This document shows positions 53,726 to 64,000 of a stretch of 64,000 nt of DNA, in pieces. The notes beneath the pieces were generated by a model that saw only the letters and a list, made by a program, of their open reading frames with translations, made no database searches and was not told the origin of the DNA. Within the stretch, counting starts at the first letter, position 1; every line of letters begins with the position of its first letter. The stretch spans positions 32,096,511-32,160,510 of the forward strand of contig JAHRHZ010000022.1 in assembly GCA_024137785.1 (NCBI GenBank), in the 5' to 3' direction. The DNA comes from Ginglymostoma cirratum (taxonomy: Eukaryota). Position numbers and translations under genes: made by a program.

Positions 53726-55794
53726 TGTAAAATTAGAGTGGCTGTAGAACATGAAGTGCAGTCAATGACTAAATAATGCTTTTGAAGAATTCAAAGCTAA
53801 ATGCAACATATTAGGTGTTAGGCAGTTCCCTTCACTGAGGGCAGTAGTTTATATCCTTCCTTCATTGTGCTAATTCATTGATAGTTCACATGGTTTGATG
53901 GCCTATCAGAATTAGTTTAGCCTTTTGCACTGCATTTTAATATAGTTCATCATCCTAGTGATTTCAGAAGTTTATAGAAATGCCATGCATATATGTGCAT
54001 ATACACAGCCAAAAATAACAAATAGCAGAGACTCGAATAAGCTTATCAATCTCTTTGCCATGTTTGCTTTACCTGATCAAGAAGCCAATTGTAATTTACT
54101 CCTTATTATAGCCCCTTCATCACCTTTGTTACATGTTTGCCTATTTAAATGTATATTGCACCATCAAACAACATTGTATTATGGTCATCTTGGTCAAGCA
54201 GACTGAAAACTTTCATTTCAGTGTAGTCACAAATAAAAGCTTTCTTTTAATTGCGTGTACCATGAAGCATCACTATTTCCTTTATTAATTTCTGTGTACC
54301 TTTTCAACAATTAGGCTTTATAGTCCTCTGAGTTTGTAACTTACGCTACATTATCCATTCAAGACTGAAATCTTCTTTAGTGCAAAACAAAATACAATCT
54401 TTAGCAGATTGTACCAATGAATTGGTAAGAATACGTTATTTTTGTTAGCAACCCTGAAGCATAATGTAAAAACTGGCACTTCTTTTCTTTTATGTCCATT
54501 TGGAAACTTGTAACCAAGAGTAAAAGTTCTTGGCAAACAATAAAGAAGCATTTTTATTTCACTTACAAAAAGTTAATATTATGTCCCCTTCCTCATCCAA
54601 CTGATGTTAACTTATCTAAGATTCAGTATCACACCAAATATACTGATGAGCCCAATTAATCTAACATGGACTAATTATTGTCACGTAGACCAGCTCAGAT
54701 CATGTTGCAGATGGGAGGAATGGATGGTAACAAATTCCTATTTTCAATTTTCAAAATGGCAGGACTGGTCAGACCCTGGGACTGCTTACTGTTTCCCTTG
54801 TTTGCTTACCACAAAAGCATAAAATTGGTCAGTTAATGACTAACCACAATACGTTAAGTTAGTCAAATTTGCAATAGTTGCAAGTACTGACTCAGAGCTA
54901 ATGGTTTTGGCTTTGAACTTATCACAAAAAGAAATGAATATGTGTGTGTCTAATCCTAATTGGTGCTCAAATTGAAATTAGTTGGTCCATATTATTCACT
55001 TTATTAAGGTGAATGTAAGTGTGCAAACATTACATTATAACTGCTAATTCAATAATATTGAGGGAAAAAGACTAGGTACTGTTGCATGTCTCTTATAATT
55101 TTACATAAATGTTGGGATTTAGAAGCTGAGATTGCTAAATTTTGGGTCCAGTCATTTCATACAGTTAATACAGAAAAATTTTCCAGCAAAAATATGTTAC
55201 TGTGTATTTAATTAAATATTAAGGTGATAGTAGCCATAGCTTAAATCATAGAGGTTACTATGTTTTTTTCAGCTCAATAGGTTTCTGTGGCACAAACAGT
55301 TCAATTGCAATTATCTTCCCTTAATTCAGTTGCATGCCTTTATTTCTGGCCGAGGTTCCCATGAAGGAGCCTCCTTCTCAATTTGTGGTGAGGTGTGGTG
55401 ACCCTCAGGTTAAACCACCACCAGTTGTCTCTCGCTATTGAGAGAGCAGCCAACAGCGACAGTCCACGGCAACTTTACCTTCGCCTATTTTCAACAATGT
55501 TGTCGACTCTGCTTTAATAACTGTTAGTGGGAAAATATTCAATGCAGGGGGGAGAAAACCTCTCTCATTTCCCTTGATTCACCAACCAGTGAAAGCAATC
55601 TAATCCTGTTTACCTTCTCAAAACCAATCATTGTTTTGAAAACCTCCCTTGTAGCCATCTCGTAATCTTCCATATTAAAGACAGCACCTGCAGTTTGTGA
55701 GGCTTTGGAAATATAATGGAATTCTGTTATATTTGTGATAAATCAAATAATGTAGAATATATAAAAAAGATAATTGCAGAGATAGGATTTAAGA

Positions 55795-55930
55795 AGTAAA
55801 ACAAAGAACTGTGGATGCTGGAGATCGAAAACAAAAACAGTAATTGCTGGAGAAAACTTAGCAGGTCTGGCAGTGTCTGTGGGAAGAGAGAAGAGTTAAT
55901 GTTTTGAGTCTGGTGACCCTTCATCAGAAC
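55795..55930 (-). mobile_element. PLE terminus with decayed hammerhead motif
   Basis: Minus strand: GTT-CTGATGA-A-GGGTC-ACCA-GACTC-AAAAC-ATT-AAC (stem I GTT/AAC). Confidence 0.7.
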
Positions 55931-56384
55931 ACTCTGACAAAGGTGTGGGTGCAGGAAGGAAGGACTCAAATTCTTGGGATGCTGGAAGTGCTACAGGGCA
56001 AGATAGCATCTGAATGGAGCCTGGACTGAGTTTCTCAGGAAGCGTTTTGCTGGTGCTGTTGGGGACTCCTAAAATTAACTCTGCAGAGGTGTGACAACCA
56101 GGAGAGAATAGTGGAGGGAAATAACAATGGGGAATTTTGCATGGGGGAGCATGATCTTGTGCAGATGGCATTGGTCATTGTCCTCATGTGTTTGTGTGGC
56201 AATGATAGATAGATCCCACACAGGTTACCCGGGAAGGAGTTCGAAACGGCTGTTACCTTCACAGCCTCCAGGAAAGGATGGTCTATCACTCCGACAGCCC
56301 TCAGATCCCATTGCAGCAACCAACATAGTGTCCCAGGACAAACTGAGCTTGTTCTGGCACAGTGCCTCTCTCATCCCTCGGAAA

Positions 56385-57155
56385 TGGAGTCAAGGTATTG
56401 CATTTTGATAATACAAGCGAGAAGAGGACCGATACAGTTAATGGTGGGGCCCTGGCTAGTGTCATAAAATAGACAGACCTAGGAGTTCAGGTGCATAGTT
56501 CTTTGAAGTTTGCATCACACGTAGACAGGATGGTTAAGAAGGCATTTATCACACTTGCTTTCATTGGCCAGATCTTTGAGAATTGGAGTTGGAATGTCAT
56601 GTTGAGGTTGTACAGGACATCAATGAGATCTCTTTCGAAGTACTGTGCAGTTCTGGTTGCCCTTTTATAGGAATGATATTCTGAAACTGGAGAAAGTTCA
56701 GAAAAGATTTACTCGGATGTTGCCAGAATTGAGGGTTTGAGATATAAAAACAGACTGGAAAGACTGGGACTTTTCTCACTGGAGTGTAGGAGGTTAAGGG
56801 GTGACCTAATTGGGGTTTATAAAATCATGATGGGCATAGATAAGGTGTATGAAAAGCATCTTTTCCCTGGGGTGGGGGAGTTTAAACTAGGGGACATGTT
56901 TTTAAGGTGAGAGGATAAAGATTAAAAAAGGACATGAATGGCAACTTTTTTACAAAGAGAGTGGTTCATGTGTGGAATGAACTGCCAAAGAAAGTGATGG
57001 ATGCAGGTATGGTTACAATATTTAAAAGACATTGGGAAAAGTTTGGAGGGGCATGGGTTAAGTGCAGGGAGGAGGGATTAGTTTGGAAGCATGGTCGGTG
57101 CGTACTGGTTGGACTGAATGGTCTGTTTCCATGCTGTATGAATCTATGACTCTCT
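56385..57155 (+). mobile_element. CR1 LINE 3' fragment
   Basis: YCAVLV/LEKVQ remnants; MNGNFFTKRVVHVWNELPKKVMDAG; tail ending TCTATGACTCT. Confidence 0.85.
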
Positions 57156-57349
57156 AGTTATGAGGCCAAATGTCTCTGGGCCTCCTGTGATTCGCTGCAT
57201 CCTGTGGGCCCCTGCAGCTGTGACGTCTGCTCTGTCTTCTGCTGCAGTCTGATGCTGCTCCTTTGCTCGCCGTTGACCCCGGTCCACCTGCATCTCCCCT
57301 TGCTGTCTTCAGAAGACAGATGCCAGGCACAGGACTTGTAGAAATGAGC

Positions 57350-58748
57350 TATGTTGGGAATACAAGGAGATTTGTAGCTCCAAGAACAGTCAGTGGTGAC
57401 ATACACAGTTGATGAGGGATATACCCACTTCTCTGTAGAAGTGTCAGGTAAGAAGTACAATTGAGAACCGAGCTGATTATAAGATGTTCAGAAGGGAAGT
57501 AACGGAAGCAAAGAGAGAATATGAAAAAAGGCCTGGCAGCTAACATAACAGGATCTTCAAAGTCGTCTATGTGCATATAAATTGTAAAAGATTGGTAAAA
57601 GAAATAATAGGCCAATTAGGGACCAAAATGGTGATGCATGGAATAGATGTGATGGCTAAGGTAGTAATTGAATATTTGCCTCTATTGTTACCAAGGAAGC
57701 AGATATTTGAAGCTCACGATGACAGAGAAGGATACTCAATCAATAGAAGGGTTTCAAGTTGATAAGGCAGTAGTATTCAAGAAGCTATTGGTACTTAAAG
57801 TTGACCAGGCACTTGGGCCAGATGAAATGCATCCAAGGATATTGAAAGACGAAAATATGGAAACTGCAAAGGCACTGGTCATAATGTTTTAGTTTTTCCA
57901 GGACACAGAGAACTGGAAAATAACCAAACTAACCCCCTTGATGAAAAAAAAAGGTGTGTGGATAATTACAGTGATCATAGACCAGTCAGTTCAACCTTGC
58001 TAGTGGGAAAATTTCTAGAAACACTCAATCTGGATTGAATTAATAGTCACATGGATAAATTTAGGTTAAATGGGGAGAAGCAATATGGATTTCCTGAGGG
58101 AAATTCAGGTTCAATTAACTTGCTGGAGGTTTTTTGAAGAAATAACGGAGAGATTTGATGGACCTATTGCTGCTGATGCACATGGATTTCCAAAAGACAT
58201 TTGATACAGTGCCATTCAATACACTTGTGGGAAAAGTTATAGTTTGTAGAATAAGGGACAACATAAATGCAAAATTGGCTGAATGGTAGGAAACAGTGAA
58301 TAATGATTATTGCATATTTCCGAAGCTGGAAGAAGATTGATAGTTTGTTTTCCAGGGGTTGGTGTTGGGAACTTTGCATCACCTGATTTACATTTTATGG
58401 TTTAGATCTTCGTATGCAAGGGATAATTTTGAAGTTTCCAGATGACACAAAACCTCTTCTCATTTGGCCCATGTAATCTGAGAGGACAAGTGTAGGACTT
58501 CTAAAGGACTTTTGATGAGTTGGTGCATGTGTGGATAGGTGGCAGATAATGTTCAAGGTTCACAGTGTGAGGTGATACATTTTGGTAGCAAAACATGGAG
58601 AGACAGTGCAAAATAAAGGGGATTACTCTAAAGGGTGTGAAGGAGCAGAGAGATCTAGATTTCCATGTGCGAAAATCATCAACGGCGGCAGAGCAGGTAA
58701 AGAGAGTTGTTAATAAAGCATGCATTATCCTAAGAATAATTAATAGTG
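57350..58748 (+). mobile_element. CR1 LINE ORF2 (RT) fragment, decayed
   Basis: LKVDQALGPDEMHPRILK; RPVSSTLLVGK; QYGF; MDFQKTFDTVP; KFPDDTK. Confidence 0.8.
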
Positions 58749-59046
58749 ACATGGTGGCTCAGTGGTTAGCATTACTGCTTCACAGTGCCAGGGAACCGGG
58801 TTCAATTCCAGCCTTGGGTAGCTGTCTGTATGGAGTTTGCACTTCTCCCTGCGTCTGCATGGATTTCCTCCCACAGTCCAAAGATGTGCAGGTCAGGTGG
58901 ATTGGCCAAGCTGAATTGCCCATAGTGTCTATGGTGGGAAATGCAGGGATAGGGTAGGGGGTGGGTTAGGTTGGGATGCTTATCAGACAGTTGGTGTGGA
59001 CTCAATGGGCCAAATGGCCTGCGTCCACGCTGTGGGATTCTGTGAA
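58749..59046 (+). mobile_element. HE1-like V-SINE
   Basis: TGGTGGCTCAGTGGTTAGCA...CCGGGTTCAATTCC...GGAGTTTGCAC...GGGATTCTGTG. Confidence 0.9.
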
Positions 59047-59186
59047 CTTATTAGACCTGCAGTTGGATACAAAGGAGGGAGCAGATGTATCTCTCCGAGC
59101 CCCCTATCATCCAAGCAATTATGTCTGAGTAAGTGTAGTTGTATGTATTGCGATCATGCAATAAACCTTGTGATCTAAAAACGGTG

Positions 59187-59777
59187 ATAATAGGTACTGC
59201 AGATGCTGGAGAATCCGAGATAACAAGGTGTGGAGCTGGATGAACACAGCAGGCCAAGCAGCATCATAGGAGCAGGAAAGCTTGACGTTTTGGGCCTAGA
59301 CCCTTCTNNNNNNNNNNNNNNNNNNNNNNNNNNNNNNNNNNNNNNNNNNNNNNNNNNNNNNNNNNNNNNNNNNNNNNNNNNNNNNNNNNNNNNNNNNNNN
59401 NNNNNNNNNNNNNNNNNNNNNNNNNNNNNNNNNNNNNNNNNNNNNNNNNNNNNNNNNNNNNNNNNNNNNNNNNNNNNNNNNNNNNNNNNNNNNNNNNNNN
59501 NNNNNNNNNNNNNNNNNNNNNNNNNNNNNNNNNNNNNNNNNNNNNNNNNNNNNNNNNNNNNNNNNNNNNNNNNNNNNNNNNNNNNNNNNNNNNNNNNNNN
59601 NNNNNNNNNNNNNNNNNNNNNNNNNNNNNNNNNNNNNNNNNNNNNNNNNNNNNNNNNNNNNNNNNNNNNNNNNNNNNNNNNNNNNNNNNNNNNNNNNNNN
59701 NNNNNNNGCCCAAAACGTCAAGCTTTCCTGCTCCTATGATGCTGCTTGGCCTGCTGTGTTCATCCAGCTCCACACCT
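59187..59777. mobile_element. Fold-back PLE-terminus short element with TSD (gap in the centre)
   Basis: Identical inverted arms; flanks TGATCTAAAAACGGTG (59171-59186) and TGATCTGAAAACAGTG (59778-59793). Confidence 0.85.
59308..59707. other. Assembly gap (400 N)
   Basis: Run of exactly 400 N. Confidence 0.99.
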
Positions 59778-62700
59778 TGATCTGAAAACAGTGTGTTCTG
59801 TTGATATGCTACATTGGTGTATCTTTTGCAATTAATTGTTAGATACAGCCAAGACAAAGCAGAGACAAAAGCGGATTGCTAGCAGTGAATTACATCAAAA
59901 ACTCTGAACCAGGACCACAGACTGGTTCATACCACAAAGAACCAGAAGTGATCATTTGGAAAAGTACCACAAAGATAAATCCATACCAACGCAGTAATAG
60001 TGAACTTTTATGAAACATTAAAGTACTGTATGTAGTGTTAGGCTTCCCTGTGTAGGAAAGATATTGACACAGTAAAACACAGAGTATCTTGAAGGTTGTC
60101 TGAAATGAGGAAAGAAATGTGAAACTAGGTTTTCTTTGTTGGAATAGTGCAGATTACATGTCAATATGATAGAAGTGTTCAAAATTATGAAATGTTTGTT
60201 CAAGGTAGATACAAACGAAACTGTTTCCAGCCATTAAGGGATGTTAGGTATACACAAGATTAAACGTAAGACATTTCAAGCAGAGTAAGAGAAACATTCT
60301 TGGCACAGTGAGGTTGATGGTAATCCTAACTGCCTGGTGGAAACAGAGGGGCAAGCAGTTATGTACCTAGCAAAACTCACCCATTGGAAATCATATCTCA
60401 GTTAACATTAAGGCCAGAAGGTTAAGAAGGAGAGTTGTAACTCATCAAGGGTTAATATTTGAGGGAAAAACCATATCAGCATTCAAGATTAGATAAGGTA
60501 CATGATAAAGGCAAAATGCATGAATGGAAACTGTTTATATATGTTTGGAACTACATACGTTGTGATGTGGCAAGACTGGTGAGGATTTCCTGTATTTTAT
60601 ATGGTGAGGATTTCCTGTATAACGTCTATGTACATATTTCAATATCTGTATTAATTAACCACATTTTAAGGCTTTCTGAATAGCTGTAACCTTATTGTCC
60701 TGGCAGCTATTTAGTTAAATTTCACTGCATCTACGTTCTGTCTATAATATCCTTCTTACAAAGGGGTACCCAGATCTGTTCGCAATATTCCAATTGTTGC
60801 TAATTACAAATGTCTTGCAGAAATTCAGCACCACTCTGTTTTTATATTCAATATCCTTAAAATGCAGAATCTCCATTTGTTTTTTATGCCCTTTGCTAGT
60901 TACGCTTCCATCTCTAAATATCTATTCAGCTGAAGCGATAAATCCCTGTTCCTCCATTTTAAAAATAAATTCATTGTACTATTAGGTCTATCCCATTTTT
61001 GCTGGAATAGATAACATGTTGTAAAACTGTGAATTTCCAGAAGTGACCCTGGTAACTCTATCTTTAGAGAGCTGTCCTCCATCCAGAGGATCTGAAATTG
61101 AATCCCAGCCTTTAAAATGACATTCAAACCTGATTATCTTCATTGGACAAGTTTCACGAATGTTCGTCTGGATCACTAAATGAAGCACTTAACCATAGTG
61201 GAGCACACTGTGTCAGGAAAAGAAAGACAGGCAGGAACATTTCCATCCCTCAATGGAACAACTGAATAGTAGAGTGACACGGGTCGTCCCTGTGGAGATA
61301 TTCGTTGTCTGTACTGCCCTGCACATTATCTGTGTGTACGGCCACATAGGCAGCAGAGGAGATTTTGGGGGAAGGGGCAGCACAGTTAAGGGAAGTAACC
61401 ACATTTATCAGGCAATCAGAAACCTTTAAAAATATGTTATCCTATCAAATGTTCAGGGTAATATTGGAAAGAAACAGGTAGCATGAAGCATTGTGCAGGC
61501 TTTTTTTTTATGTTTTGAGCCTGTCCCTTGGAATATGTGTATCTTCTTAGATACAAATTTCCATCTCGTTTCATGTCAATATTTTCCACAGTTATGAAAT
61601 AATGGAAGATCTCGGCAGTAAAATTTTGAAATGTGTGAAAAAGAAGCTAATACCTAAGAAGATTCTTCTAGAATCAACAGTTTTGAATAACTTTGCTGTT
61701 CAGGGTTCATTTTTTTTTGTTTTAAGTCCCTACAATGCCAGTGTTGCTGATATTTCGTGTTAATTCTGAGGTCGAGGGATTGTTATTCTCTCAGCTGCAA
61801 TGAAGACATTTAGAGCCTTCTCTCTGGGCCTTTCAGTCTGCATCGACAAGCTTTGTGTAAAGACAGAAGAAAGAAAGGGCAGAGTTTACTGCACTACCAG
61901 TGGCGAGTGATTTGCTGGGAGGTGTTGTGATGAGTATCTGTAGATTGTCTGAAATGAGCTTTGGAGTTTCTCCATTTATTTAGGTCGCAGGTCACCCTTT
62001 TATCCTTTATTTGTCCCATAAAGTTATAGCGTTTCCAGATCCATTATCTACTTGTGTATGAGGATTTATCTACATCAAGTAGTAAGGTTGATCTTGTTTA
62101 CCTCTGGAGACTGGCAGTTTCCAATGAGCTAGGAAGAAAATTGGAGGTGGCATCTGCCAAAGATGCTCAATATAAATAAAATTCAGGCCACTGATAATCC
62201 TCACTATACATTTCACATCCACAGCAATGTGCTGGCACCATGTCAACTACGTTTTGAAACCTTGTTAATGTACCGGTAGGATAATGGAAATTTCACATGC
62301 ATTGACATAATTAATGAAGAGGCAGGCAGTGTGCTCAACCAATTAACACCACAGGGAAAAATAAAATTGGCCCCTTTTTTTATATGTTATGCCAGAGCTA
62401 AGGACTGTATCACACAGCAAATAAATGTAGAAGCTTTTAATGAGCTGCGGGATCAGGCTGCGTAACCCGGAAAGTATGTTGTGTAAACACTGCCAGCTAT
62501 TTAAACTGTTAGGCGTAATTGATGAGCTTGACTAAAATACTTGGGGAGAAGGAAAAAAAGATCGTTAGGTAGGGAGACATGCATTTGTTAAGCAGTACTC
62601 TTCTGGGGCGAGATGACACAAGAAAACATTGATTTTTTTTCTGACTTAACCTAAAATATAGGCTCTGCATTTAGCTTTGAAATAATTTAACACAAATTGT

Positions 62701-64000
62701 AGTTTATCTGTGACAGATTGAATTTGAAGCAGAACAGTTATCTTTGTAGAGGCATCCTCAGCGATATGAGTCACCAACTGTATATGAATCTATTGCATGC
62801 AGAACAAATTCTATGAATTATTTAATCATATGCAAAATCAAAAAGCAGCCTACACATTAATGAAGATGATATAAATTGTAAATGAAATTTGTTCTTTTAC
62901 AGCTTATATTGGATTATAGGAAAGTACCATTAGACAATGTAATCAAATTGTAAATCCCTTTCAGTTCAAATAGCATTTTTTTTTTTTTGGAAATAGATAG
63001 CCACAACCATAAATATCCAGCAGAATTCTGAGTGTTTGTACATTTCGATGAAAAAAAATACCAGAAATATAGTCCTTAACTGAAAATTGCTCAGATAATT
63101 AAAGACAACCTTGTCAGTTTGCTTTAGTTCTGTCTTTGTAGAGATTTTAATACCAGTCTTGATCACTGGTTGATCCATCAGCTTTGAGGGTGTCCTGCTT
63201 ATTTGTACTGAGCCATTACTTCAAGTGACAGGCAGTAGTTCTGTCAGAATGAATAGACTCCTTGAAAAGTTGGTAGCAAAGGGAAGTGACAAGTTAATGG
63301 AAGCTAAAGCACTCTAATGGCACTACCTGGTGTAAGCAAAGAAACTCATCTGAAGAACTTTCCCTCGCTTTGAAGATGTTCAATTGCATAGTTATCTAGG
63401 AGTAAGGAACAGTTTGACTGGGTAAACTCCTCCTGTTGATAATATTAATAAAAAGTTAATGTGAATGCAAAGTGGATTTCCCTGTTTTGTATTTTGTATT
63501 TTTGCTATACAAGATATTAATAGGAATGATTTCCTTCCTGAGGTATTACTGGAGCTCTGTAGAATAAAAGTATTTTAAAAGTATTTTTGAATTATTATGA
63601 ACATATATAGAGACACTCGCTCACATGAATTGACATCCCAATTCCTTTGAAACATTGAAGGAGTAAAAATAAACAGCACAGCTAAGAATTAAATTGACCA
63701 CACATTTATTTTTTCTCCGAAGAATTCCCCCAACATCATATTCATGAAAGTAAGTGACACTTCAGTATAACATTTTATTGGCTTGTTTCTATCCAGCAAT
63801 GTCAGTCACCAATCATAAAACCTCTTGTAGTTCAGGCATAGATTTTTGCATCACTATTGTCGGTGTTACCTGATGATTGCCATAAAAGAAGCATGGAAGT
63901 TGCCAAGTATATCTGTCGCAGTTTTTTTTTCACTCACTTAGAGATGCTGGAGCACTTGTAATAGAGAGAAGTGAACTGGAGTGACGAGCAGCTGTGGGGC

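Noticed and set aside
57160-57340. GC-rich block, possibly a Harbinger transposase N-terminus
   Set aside because: Only compositional resemblance; no catalytic motif visible.

Overview
Eukaryotic, AT-rich, repeat-dense vertebrate DNA. It is most likely from a shark or other elasmobranch, inferred from the HE1-type V-SINEs, a DeuSINE and CR1 3' ends. I found no host protein-coding exon I can support; the ORF track is mostly noise or decayed transposon frames. Recognisable content: many CR1, L2, Rex/Babar and RTE LINE fragments; a fossil Penelope-like element (PLE; RT plus GIY-YIG); several tRNA-derived SINE families; and four decayed Harbinger-type Myb/SANT gene remnants. The most interesting system is a family of short PLE-terminus-derived elements carrying minimal hammerhead-ribozyme motifs (CTGANGA-A-stem II-GAAAC-NTH) with compensatory stem II changes between copies. 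Several copies are fold-back palindromes, two with ~16-bp target-site duplications (TSDs), and all three 400-N assembly gaps fall inside this family. Also notable: a box C/D-type K-turn hairpin at 15410-15442, and a LINE remnant sharing both its tRNA-like head and its 3' tail with short SINEs. Coordinates of decayed repeats are approximate, and family names come from motif recognition, not database searches.
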